Assembly: GCF_021730395.1 (NCBI RefSeq)
Contig: NC_069364.1
Coordinates: 83,339,972-83,403,971, forward strand
DNA length: 64,000 nucleotides
Origin: Mercenaria mercenaria
Lineage: Eukaryota
Direction of reading: 5' to 3'
Shown here in pieces: positions 11,319 through 22,504 of this stretch. The notes under the pieces were generated by a model. That model was not told the DNA's origin. It ran no database searches and saw only the letters and a program-made list of their open reading frames with translations. A program made the position numbers and the translations under genes. Numbering within the stretch: the stretch's first letter is position 1; the number at the start of each line of letters is the position of its first letter.

Positions 11319-13479
11319 TAATTTACGTGTCTTGCTTGCTAAATATATCATAACGCCATCAGTAACAGTATCATCATTTTCAAAAAAAGGAAATCATTTT
11401 GCTTCCATATTAATAGTCAAAGAGTGACAATTTTGCCTGCCAGACAGTTTTATATCACTAAATTAAGTGTTTTTAAATGACATTCTTAGAATGTCAGAAT
11501 TTGTCTGGAGATGCAAAGTTCCATCATCATAATTATCGTGTTTATTCATGATTCATCAATGTCATGATTAATAAGCACATCACTAGTAAATTATATAACT
11601 AATGCTTAGTGTAATATCTGAAAGGAATGAAAGCGTACCTTTAACTGACTTCAATATTTCTACAAGTAAGTTACGGTAAAGAGTAAAACTTGTATATAGT
11701 TGACTCTTTGGGATCATTCTGTACATTTTTGTATCTGAATAGTGAACAGATCATGATATTATGCACAAACTGAATGGCTCGCAGGTCAATATTCAAAACT
11801 ATTGCCCTAGGTAAAAACTACTGACTGGAGATTTGTATCAGAAGTCGTGTAATAAATTAAATTGTTATTAATACACTTATTCAAGATATGTACAATGGAA
11901 ATTAATATTTTTATTGCATTCACTTACAATGTGATTCTATTTTACAATGAACTTTTCATATCTTTCCTTAATATTCAGAAGTACACTTCTACGTTTTTAT
12001 GATTTTCAGATTTTGTGGTATATATAATTCATAAATTGATATCATTTCCCATTTAATAAAAATAAAACGTGAACTTAATAAAAAAAAGTTTGAATTTATC
12101 ACATGATAATCATTTCTTTCATACTTTAGGTTGTTGTATTATCATAACAGCATTTTATTAATTTACTTGATTCTTTTTACTACCATTTTAACTGAATGTT
12201 AGGATGATATGTGCTGTGGCATATTCTTCCATTTCTTTAGTGCACATACCTTATTTAGTGCATTTAAACACTTATTTATTTGCTTTTTTTTTCTTAGTTT
12301 TTTCTTAGTTTGTGCTATTTCACACCCTAATAATCTTAAGTTTTGTGATAAGATCTATTGTAAAATCTTTGTTTCCAAATAACTTTGTTTGTTGACCCCC
12401 TCAAATTGTTTGGGTGGTGTGGGGGCACTTAGATTTGCCTTTGTCCAATTGTCTATCTGTCAGTCCATCTGCATTCGAGTCATACATAAAACTATTTGAC
12501 CTAGAGTCATCAGACCTCACAGGATTGATTCAGCATGTGAAATTGTGCATCTGGTGTTTTAATTGGGATTTCACACGTCAGACCAGTTATTGGTCCTTGA
12601 CTTAGTTGAAAATATGCATACAGTGACAGGACTGGGGGGCACCAGTGTGCTATAGACATACATTTAGTTGAATTTATTTGAAATAAAGAATGGCAATTAT
12701 ATAGGAGTGTATTTTGCTATATCCAAGTGTGCTGTATTTAATCTTGATTTTCTGTTGAGATGTGTATTGCAATGACTTTTTTCCAATGATTTGACTGAAA
12801 ACCTGAAAACTTTGCACCCAATTGTATCAGCCGTTTATTTGCTAGAAGTAGGGAAGTTTTTTAAAAGCTGCATGATTATGCCTGTAAAGTTCTTAAGTTG
12901 TTTTTTTCTGATCTTTAAAACAAGGACAAAGGTCCAATACAAATAGTCATGTCCCAAGAATGCAGCGACCCCAAAAGCAATATCATACATTAATGTCTGT
13001 ATGTATGTGTAAACGATTGGCATTTACACAAAAATATAAAGTAAGACGACAATAACTAAACATATGTAGTAACACAGTGGGGCACTGACTGCTGAGATTA
13101 GTTTGATTAGATACATGAATGGTATAATAATTATGTATCACAATATTAGAAAAATGCTATAAAGGACTTGTATGTTACTATATTATTCTTCTTTTAGGTG
13201 TTTACTATTACAACCATCTGTAATTATTGATTAGTAAGCAAAATGAATATTCCTAATTTGTTATCTAAAAACTTGTCACTATTTTGACATTTGACATTTG
13301 AAATGTTGAATCGAAAGCTTAAATTTGTGCTTTGTTTATGCTTATTTCCAATATTTAATCTGTATATGATGATAAGAGTTAAATCAAAGAAAGCCATTTG
13401 GTTTGATATTGATGATGCATCCTATGATGTCATCACAAATCTATTGTTATTTTATTTCTGTTTTATTATTATATTGTTA

Positions 13480-14640
13480 TTTTTAGCTCACCTGTGCTCA
13501 AAGGTTAGCTTTTGTGATCGCCCTTGGTCCGTCGTCATCCGTCCGTCGTCAACAATTTGACTGTTAACACTCTAGAGGTCACATTTTTGGCCCAATCTTA
13601 ATGAAACTTAGTCAGAATGTTACCCTCAGTAAAATCTTGGATGAGTTCGATATTGGGTCATCTGGGGTCAAAAAGTAGGTCACCAGGTCAAATTAAAGGG
13701 AAAGCTTGTTAACAATTTTGGCCCAATCTAATGAAACTTAGTCAGAATGTTACCCTCAATAAAATCTTGGACGAGTTCGATATTGGGTCATCTGGGGTCA
13801 AAAACTAGGTCACCAGGTCAAATCAAAGGAAAAGCTTGTTAACACTCCAGAGGTCACATTTTTGGCCCAATCTTAATGAAACTGTCGGAATGTTACCCTC
13901 AATAAAATCTTGGACGAGTTTGAAATTTTGTTCATCTAGGGTCAAAAACTAGGACACCAGGTCAGATCAAAGGAAAAGCTTGTTAACAGTCTAGAGGTCA
14001 CAATTTTGGCCCGATCTTAATGAAACTTGGTCAGAGTGTTATCCTCAATAAAGTCTTGGACGAATTTGATATTGGGTTATCTAGGGTCAAAAACAAGGTC
14101 ACCAGGTCAGATCAAAGGAAAAGTTTGTTAACACTGTAGAGGCCACATTTATGACTATAACTTCATGAAACTTGGTCAGAATGTTAATCTTGATGATCTC
14201 AAGGTCCATTTTGAATCTGGGTCATGTAGGATCAAAAACTAGGTCACCCGGTCAAATCAAAGGAAAAGCTAGTTAACACTGTAGAGGCCACATTTATGAC
14301 CATATCTTAACGAAACTTGGTCAGAATGTTAATCTTGATGATCTATAGGTCAAGTTCAAATCTGGGTCAGGTGGGGTCAAAAACTAGGTCAAATCAAAGG
14401 AAAAGCTAGTTAACACTCTAGAGGCCACATTTATGACTGTATCTTCATGAAACTTAGTGAAAATGTTAAACTTGATGATTTTTAGGTCAAGTTCGTATCT
14501 GGGTCATGTGGGGTCAAAAACTAGGTCACGGGGTCAAATCAAAGGAAAAAGCTGGTTAACACTTTAGAGGCCACATTTATGACCATGATGATCTTTAGGT
14601 CAGTAGGTGAGCGATACAGGACCTTATGGCCCTCTTGTTT
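13480..14640 (-). mobile_element. Helentron-like element with about 8 copies of the 145-bp array (a second copy of the 6944-8337 family).
   Basis: TTTTTAGCTCACCTGTGCTCAAAGGTTAGCTTTTGTGATCGCC followed by (GTCC/GTCG)n, then the array, then the terminus GGTGAGCGATACAGGACCTTATGGCCCTCTTGTTTT. Confidence 0.65.
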
Positions 14641-14920
14641 TTAAAACACTTTCTTAGGCTGTGGTGTAGGTCATGTAAGTTTATGTAAAAAATTGTATAA
14701 AATTGAGGTACATTATTTTGCACTGTTAAAAGTTGGAGGTACAAAACATATCTGTGGTGTTGTTGTCTTTTCTTCTATGCTGTAAATATTATGTGTTGTT
14801 ACACATGTATGGTAACATATTACGTAAATTGCTATTACAATCGCACCTGAACCAAGTGTTCAGGGTGATTTGTTAGTGTAAATGGATAGTCTTTTGTCTC
14901 TCAACCACCAATTTAGACTG

Positions 14921-15000
14921 CCAGCTTAGCTCAGTAGGGAGGGCGAAGATCTAAGGAATGCATTGTAGTGATTTCGATCCTCTGGTTAGGCGTATATTCT
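14921..15000 (+). other. tRNA-like sequence (degenerate A and B boxes), a possible SINE head or tRNA pseudogene.
   Basis: It carries TAGCTCAGTAGGGAG (A-box-like) and GTGATTTCGATCC (B-box-like). The acceptor stems do not pair. Confidence 0.2.
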
Positions 15001-16689
15001 CTGTGATGATTTCATAAAGACATTGTGTCTGAAGTCTATGGCCTCTATTTCTGTTTTGTTTGGGGTCAGTTACCAGTTACTTGCAGCGAACAGGTTTATG
15101 GTAGTACAGAATCCAGGAACACTGGTTAAATTAACTGCCTGCAGTAACATAACTGAAATACTGTGAAAAATGACATTTAACTTAAAACAAACAACCCAGG
15201 GCTTTTTTCCCCTATAAATAAGGAGGTAATCCCAAAGCAAAAAAGTATGTTTTTTTCCAATTCTGAATTCAAAACTCCCAAATGAGTGTTTTCTTTTAGG
15301 GTTTTGGCTGTTTTAAAATAGGAAATGCACTTTACATAGACCTTTCTAATGTTGTTTTCAACTGGTTCCATTTGACTTCACTAAGATGCAACCTGTGCTA
15401 TAAATAAAAATTCTTTAATTTACTTAAAGGTCAAGGTCAGATGATAATTGTTATTCTCCTAATGGGCATCATACACATCACGCTGTCTTAATTACATCTA
15501 TTCAAGTTTACAGAGAAAAATAAAAAGCACTGATTTTGCTTTGTATGTATTTTCTAGGTTTTGCCATATCTGGCAGTATGTAATTGTTATGATCAATACT
15601 ATAACTTTAAAAACTACTTTTTAATGTGATAAATTAAATTGCATGTGTGCAATACGTAGCTATGTAAATAAAGTAGTGCAAAAAATAGGTGTTCTTGATT
15701 CTTTCTTCTGAAATCTGATATCATATTGTAACCCGATTGAAAAACAAGGAATTATATAAAGCAAAATGAATGGAAAACTGTCGCATGAAAGAAAATGTCT
15801 TTGGAAAGCTTCGCACATGAACCAGGAGGTCTGCTGGCCCAGGGGTCTAGCTAGGTCCAATTTTTTGGGAGAAGTCACTTCTCCCTCAAGATGATTTAGG
15901 GAGAAGTGGGGAGACTTTAGTGATTCGAAAGGTGGCTGTAATTTTCTTGTTTCTAGATAAGAATCATTGATGTGACCATTCATTTTCTTAGTTAGATCAT
16001 TTCCCATGCAGTGGTTATTGTTTCATTACAAGATTATTAAAATAGTTGTTTTCAACATTTAATACGATGCTGTAAATTTAACCTGCCATTTTTTTGCTAT
16101 ATCTTGTACGAAGTGTTTATTATTAACACCGAGTCACCAACTCGGCGAACAGTATCTCACCTGAATAAAACTGAAGTAAACTGTGTAAACTAGAAATACA
16201 TATTCAAATCAAGTCATCGATGGAAGTCAATTTAATGTAGTTACATTACATGTCGTTCTTTTACCATAGACAACAACTAATCGCATGGTTAATGAGCAAT
16301 TTCTTCGTAAAACATTTTTTTTGCATTCGGACATGTTGACAATTAACGCAAAGTGTCAAAGATGTAATCTCGGTGCTAATTGGCTGAGCACAACTGACTT
16401 TGTTGTATCTGATAATTTAATTCGCTTTCACACTTCTCGTGGAAAATCTCGCAAGTACCTGAAGTAGACGGAGCTTAAAATTATGCTATCGGCGTGTGTG
16501 TATGTGTATTCGACACTCATTTTGACACCATGCAAATTGTCAAAAGTTAGGGTAGCGGTAATTAGCGAGTGTGGATATCAAAGAAAATCGGGCGACTTGC
16601 ATTTCACTTTGAGGTTAGATTTGAGTGAAGTTTGAAGTTCCAAAGCGACTATGTCGCTCAAGTCGCCCACTCGCGAGAGCCATGACTGC

Positions 16690-17560
16690 CCATTAGGACA
16701 TGTCCTTCGGAAACTGTCAGACATCAGAAAATGTCCCTAGAAAACTCGCACACATTATGACATGTCCCAGGAAAACTACTGCACATTAGGACAATTGTCC
16801 CTTTGAGAAAAGTCACAAATTTTGACATATCCTAGGAAAATTGTCACTGATTTAAAAGGTGTCCTTGAAAAGCTGTTGCAGAAATGGACATGTCCTTGGT
16901 AAACTATTGGGACAGAGAAATGTCAAACATCAAGGCATTTCCCTGCGGAAAATCATCACATAATAGGATATGTGTCCACAAAACTGCCCCTAGAAAATTG
17001 TTACAAATAAGGCTATATCCCATGGAAACTGCCACACAGTAGGACATGTCCCTAGAGGAATGTCACACATTACAATGTCATGTCCTTGAAAAATTGTTTC
17101 ACATGAGTATGTGTCCATGGAAAATTGTTAACATATTAATACGACCCTGGAATTTGTCACACAGGAAGTCCTTCCCTGGAAACTATCAAAACATTAGGAC
17201 ATGTCCCTAAATATTGTAATACATTAGTACATGTCCCTGAAAATTGTTACACATTAGGGCCTGTCTGCTGAAAACTGGTACACATAAGAACATGTCCCTG
17301 GTAAACTGTCAAACACAATTGGGCCTATCCTTGGAAAACTACCACATATTAGTACATGTTTCTGAAGAACTATCACATACCAGCATTATAATCGTGCCTC
17401 TTGAGAAATGTCACATGACCATTGGCAACTGTCCTACATAAGGACATGCCTGGAAAAGTGTTGCACTCTGATTAGTACACATTGCTTAAAACCACTTAAT
17501 ACCTGTCCCAGTGTAAGAACAGTCCCTGGAAAACTGTCACACTATTGGTTTAACACCTAA
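16690..17560. repeat. Minisatellite of about 38-45-bp units (roughly 20 copies). Each unit carries the palindromic decamer GGACATGTCC or a close variant.
   Basis: The unit ...ACATGTCCCTGGAAAACTGTCACACATTAGG... is iterated. The core matches the p53-type half-site consensus RRRCATGYYY. Confidence 0.7.
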
Positions 17561-17599
17561 AGGAAATTTAGTGGTCTGATACCTTATGAAAATTATGTA

Positions 17600-18170
17600 A
17601 GGTTGTCTAAGACCTAAAGGAAATTTAGTAGGTGGTATTGTAAACTGAATATTTCATAAAACACCACAAATTATGGGTCTTAATTTCAGTGAAAATCACT
17701 CTCATAATATTCCAATGATACACACAACTAGGCTTGGCACTGATCACTTGTGTGAAATTTGGTGTAATATAGGAGAAATTGCACAGACATAGAATTTGAC
17801 AAGTCAAGGGTCATAACTGTTGAAAATCATAGAACTGGGACATGCAAATGCTACCCTAAACTATGCTTCAGACTAATGTACCCTGTGTTCTGGTGAAGTT
17901 CAGCCCAATGATATACAGCAAGAAGTGTAAGCACTTTAAAAATATGACAAATCAAGGGCCATAACTCCTCTGAAAATGAATCGGATCCTGCCGATGATAT
18001 GCACAACTAGGCTTGGCAATGATCACTGTTGTAAAGTTTGGTGTAAATTTGCATTGTGGTGTCTGGGGAGTTTCATGGACAAACTTTGCGACATACTGAC
18101 AGACAAACAGACGGACGGCACTAAATCAATACATGTTATTCCATTTCTGGGTGGGAGAGATTAGTGTTGA
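17600..18170 (+). repeat. Degenerate element of the same superfamily: two roughly 280-bp units ending in a (GACA/GACG)n microsatellite. No clear hairpin terminus.
   Basis: The motif CACAACTAGGCTTGGCA(C/A)TGATCAC occurs at 17712 and 18000. The right end reads GACAGACAAACAGACGGACGG (18100-18122). The 5' motif recurs at 55905 and 56975. Confidence 0.4.
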
Positions 18171-18585
18171 ATATATGTTCATCAACATTAGGCAGACTTA
18201 TATTTTTTATAGGCCCGAAGGGACGTATTATGTCATACCCCTGGTGTCTGTCTGTCCGTCCATTAGCCATTTTGTGGCAGCTCTGTAACTCTTGAATCCC
18301 TTGAAGGATTTGAAAGAAACTTGACACAAAATTTATGTTCATCACACCAAGACGACATGCGTAGCACATGTTTTGGATGTCTCGCTTTAAGGTCAAGGTC
18401 ACATCAGTTTGTTTTGTGTCTGCTCTGTAACTCTTGAACTGCTTGAATGATTTCAAAGAAACTTGGCACAACTGTTCACCACACCAAGCTACGTGCAGAG
18501 CGCATGTTTGGATGACTCGCTTCAAAGTCAAGGTCACACTTAGGTCTCAAAGGTCAAATATGACTGCTTTGTGTATATTGTATAG

Positions 18586-19262
18586 GTGGGCCGGTGGTCT
18601 AGTGGTAACATGCTTGACTGCCAATCCAGAGGTCCAGGGTTTGAATCTTGGTCCAGGCACTGGAAATTTCTGAGATGCTCGGGCGCATTAAAGAACCAGA
18701 CTGTCTATTCGCAAAGAGCTAGCTTATTAGTTAGCCAGACAGTCCTGTATCTCTCTCTGTTCTGGGACCGCCTCGGTAGCCTAGTGGTAGAGCGTCCGCT
18801 TCGAGTGCGGGAGGCCGTGGGTTCGATCCCCAGCCGCGTCATACCAAAGACGTAAATAATGGTACTAGCAGCTTCCTCGCTTGATGCTCAGCATTAAGGG
18901 GATTGTGCTAGGACTGGTCAGCCCGGTGTCAGTATAATGTGACTGGGTGGGGTATCATGCCACGTGTCTACGGCGTGATATTCCAGTGAGGCAGCACTAT
19001 AAAGTTGGGCATTGTGCTCACTGCTACAAGTAGACACCGTCGTTTATATGACTGAAAAATTGTTGAAAAAGACGTTAAACTCGAACACACACACACACAC
19101 TCTCTGTTCTGGGGGCTTTATCTCACTCTGTCCCTCTGGTCAGATCGCTCTGTGTCTGTACTAGTAGAGGATGAATTTCGCGCCCTGTGCTATATGTAAA
19201 GCGCCTTTGAACGTGTTTATCATGAAAAGGGCGCTATATAAATCTGGTATAAAAAATCTCGT
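18586..19262 (+). mobile_element. tRNA-derived SINE (family 1), interrupted at 18767-19099 by a second SINE.
   Basis: Head GGCCGGTGGTCTAGTGGTAACA (A box) ... GGGTTTGAATCTTGG (B box). The body continues unchanged on the far side of the insert. Confidence 0.5.
18767..19099 (+). mobile_element. tRNA-derived SINE (family 2, about 330 bp with a (CA)n tail) flanked by a 14-bp target-site duplication.
   Basis: tRNA-like head TAGCCTAGTGGTAGAGCGTCCGCTTCGAGTGCGGGAGGCCGTGGGTTCGATCCCCAGCCGC and tail ACACACACACAC. The duplication CTCTCTGTTCTGGG lies at 18753-18766 and 19100-19113. A second copy lies at 33230-33545. Confidence 0.7.
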
Positions 19263-19265
19263 TTT

Positions 19266-19558
19266 TATTTGGCAGATACCTTTTTTGTTCACTTACAATA
19301 ATTTTTTTTGGAATTACCTCCCATTTATATTTCTATAAACAGCTTATTTTGAAACTTTTATACTTTTGGCCGTAGGGAAAAACTGTGACCCTTTTTCTGT
19401 GGTACAGCATGGATGGTACCCCCAATTTTTAGGTGTATTTTGACATACCTGTACCTGGTAAGGATTTTTTTGCGGACTTAAGATTTTTTTTGGAATTTCT
19501 TCCCTTTGTTGTTCCTGTCCTTTGGGCTTCAACAGTCTAGTTCTTTAAATTTTGCTCC
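19266..19558 (+). repeat. Copy of the 290-bp interspersed repeat.
   Basis: Aligns to 10965-11262 and to the reverse complement of 43858-44080. Confidence 0.5.
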
Positions 19559-20570
19559 CATCCTCTGATGTAACCCTTTGGGCGTATATTGCCCCACTTG
19601 GCGGAGCTCTTGTTTATAAAAGAAAATTTCATTAATGAATATCTGAATTATTTTATGCCTGCTAGAACAATCAAATTTTAGTCAATTCAGGGTTAGTATT
19701 TCAAAGGTCAAGGTCATGGTGAATGATCTTCGTCGTATGGCATTCACACATGGCAGAAATATTAGAAATGATCAGCAGACAACCTCACTGGTCTAGTTAC
19801 TGATATGAAATCATTCTGAAGGTATGGATTTATTATGGCTTTGACCTTTGACCAGAAACAAGTAGGGTCCATCTTCTCATCTAGGGCAATCTCCATTAAT
19901 TTTGAACTACATTCTATAAAGTTAATTGTGTTTGAGTGCTTTCTAGTAATCTCAGTTTTAAGGTGATTCTGAACTTGATCTTTGGCCTTATGGCCAAAAA
20001 ACCTAAATGGTTCATCAACAATCACCCTATTAAAGGTTTTATGATACAGTCATCTAACTGTAGTGCTATAACAAGACTTCTTATTCTTACTGTTGAACTT
20101 CAGAGACATAACAAAATACTAAGTAGCAACACTATGTATATATTATAACTGCCCCCCCCCACCCCCCCACACACAAAATTAACAGCAGGAAAGTAGAAAA
20201 TATTATCAAAGATAAGCAATTTTCAGTTGCAATTTTTGGTTACTGTAAAATCAGATATGTTCACAAATAATAAAATCTGGAGTGGTTTGCAAGGTAAAGT
20301 ATTCATGATGTGTGACAAATTTGTGACAATGTAATTTACATAAATAACAGCAATTTTGCAAGTATTTATTCCTGTGAATATCGAAAGTTGGCAAATAAAG
20401 TGAAAATAAATCCTTTGCGTGAATTTCTGATTCAACAGGTATGTATCAAAGCTTGACAGCACTTTTTGGTCCAGAAAGTGATGAAGTTGTATAGAAATGT
20501 ACTGACATCATGCATATGATAACATTTGGAAAGCATCACTGGCGTCTTGTAGGTTATACTCTTTCGTATA

Positions 20571-22262
20571 CAGTAAAACCTGTTTTAAGAGACCAGATAA
20601 GGGAGTGCAAAAAAGTGGTCTCATAAGACAGATGGTCTTTTAATACAGGTTCAATGTGTATGAAATGCACTGTAGAGGGACCTAAAATTAATGGTCTTAT
20701 AACACAGGTTTTTGCTTAATGCAGCCTACAGTGGTCTCTTAAGGAGGTAGGTTACCTTGTTACCAGGGTAAATTCAAATTAGTTGAACCGCAGCGATTTT
20801 TTGTATTTCGTGTAATTTAATATTTAACTGTTACAATCTCAGTTCCGTTTATCTCTGTCCCTTCAAGTATATTTTTTATCCGGGTTCGAAGTACATGACC
20901 CTCTTAAGGTATTTTATATTGAAAACAGAAGGAAAATACGGATATTTAACACTTTTTAGTGTAATTCGGTTTCATTTATATCCGTAGAAGTCTGCATAAT
21001 GAATATATTTACTAGTATGCGCATTAGCTTTCTAATAAAAGCTTAAAATATATATGTCGTGGGGCTCGTGTTTCCATGGTAACGCATTTTCTCTCATTTT
21101 CCCAACAATTATGTATGAAAACGAGTTTTTCAACGACTTCAGTGCCATTCTGTTATTGACCAACATAGATTATTTGGGCAATATAATTAGCAAAATACCC
21201 AGAACTTTACATGGTACTATGGTTTTTTTAAAGTTTAGAGTAACCATGGCAACAGAGATGTTTAAAATAGCTTATATGTTGCTTTTTATCATAATTTCTT
21301 ATATAAAATATTATATAAAATTATCTTTCTTGTTAATATAGCTTTAAAACATCTTATTTCTAACGTAAGTAATATTTTCGTATGAATGGGATTTATTTAC
21401 ACAAATTTCAGAGCTTTAAGACGTTACTTACAGCGGTGCCCATCGTCTGACATTTTTATTGAAAAATCGTTCTGCATGCTGCTATAATTCTCATGGATAT
21501 TGTAGAAATGAAAATAAAAAGCCGAAGCTGTGTTCCTTAAATAGACCAGTATCAACGCTTTTGAATTTTACAATTAGACATATAGGTCACGGGCTTCGTT
21601 TCCATGGAAACATCAATTTAATTCAAAACACCACAATTTTAAACTGAAATTTGAACAGTTTTAGAGCTTAGTTTTAGTATTTAAGTAACAAATTATGAAC
21701 GGAAACTGGGGAAAAGATATAACAAATCAAACTGTCCGATTTTTATTTGTAAATAGCCGTAATAAGTTACCTTTTATCAAGGTATATTCCCAATCACATC
21801 AGTTACCATCATCCATTTTCTTAAATTCCGCATAACATTTCAATATAATTACATAAAAGAAGCAAAATATTTATTATTATTCAGAGCAAAAGGCTAATAA
21901 AAAGTATTTCAGCAAATAATGCTTGTTTATAAATAGTTTAAAAAAAAGAAAATGCACAGAATAACGTACTTTTCAAATAAAAGCTATTAATTTTGCGCGG
22001 TAACTGACACGTAACGTCATGACGTCATTTTAAGGCAACAATGTTTTGAAGCGTTTCTGCGGCAATTCATTCATTATTTCTGCATTATTAAGCCATTAAA
22101 CATAAGATCAGAGGTAGGTTCATGATTTATTTCCAGAAGAATGGATATACAAACACATTTAGTTTGTCGTAAACGTCATAGTAAATCGTCACGTAAGCTT
22201 CCGGTTGGACATGCGCACATACAAAAATCAAGGTAACCTACCTCCTTAAGCTGGTTTGACTG
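20571..22262. mobile_element. 1.7-kb non-autonomous DNA transposon with Tc1/mariner-like termini and TA duplications. It contains an internal perfect 22-bp inverted repeat and clustered TGACGTCA/ACGTCA palindromes.
   Basis: Ends TA|CAGTAAAACCTG (20571-) and CTGGTTTGACTG|TA (-22262). The perfect inverted repeat is CTTAAGGAGGTAGGTTACCTTG at 20738-20759 and 22229-22250. TGGTCTNATAANACAGG subterminal repeats lie at 20600-20740. No transposase ORF is present. Confidence 0.5.
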
Positions 22263-22504
22263 TATTTGTAATTTTGTATCATTTAATAAAGACAATGATC
22301 AAAAACAAGATGAAAAAACTTCCAATTCAGAATCAAACTGATTTATGACTTGACAGTTACATTAACATGAAATTTGCTGGAACAAAACATGACACTTCCA
22401 TCAAAATGATGCATTCAAGAATTAGTCGAGTTAGACAATTCTTATAACCTAGATATAACATTAAAACAGAGTATTTTAGTGTTTCTACATAACTGTATAT
22501 AGGA

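Larger units (their letters stand above)
18205..19614 (-). mobile_element. Helentron-like element (160-bp array x2) interrupted by a SINE that itself carries a nested SINE. It contains the 290-bp repeat module.
   Basis: Left end TTTATAGGCCCGAAGGGACGTATTAT (a degenerate copy of the TATGCCCCCGAAGGGAGGCATA hairpin) followed by GTCTGTCTGTCCGTCC. Right terminus GGCGGAGCTCTTGTTT at 19601-19615. Confidence 0.5.

Noticed and set aside
6944-14640. Regular direct repeats (145-160 bp) that could be mistaken for CRISPR arrays.
   Set aside because: The monomers are long, contiguous and mutually similar, with no unique spacers. They sit between transposon termini in a eukaryotic context, so these are satellite-like tandem arrays.
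15871-15930. 19-bp perfect palindrome GGGAGAAGTCACTTCTCCC followed by a half-copy.
   Set aside because: It is isolated, short and not recurrent in the window. It is probably a chance hairpin and not worth a separate finding.
18775-18850. Apparent tRNA gene (perfect A box TAGCCTAGTGGTAGAGCG and B box GGTTCGATCC).
   Set aside because: The 5' and 3' acceptor-stem halves do not pair (GCCTCGG versus CCGCGTC). It is followed by a 250-bp body and a (CA)n tail bounded by a 14-bp target-site duplication, and it recurs at 33230. It is therefore a tRNA-derived SINE head rather than a functional tRNA. tRNAscan-SE would settle this.
2330-20000. Abundant AGGTCA direct and inverted repeats (AAGGTCAAGGTCA, TGACCTTTGACC) resembling nuclear-receptor response elements.
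   Set aside because: They are fixed parts of satellite monomers and SINE or element bodies and are repeated with the monomer. There is no evidence of independent regulatory function. Their frequency is explained by repeat copy number.
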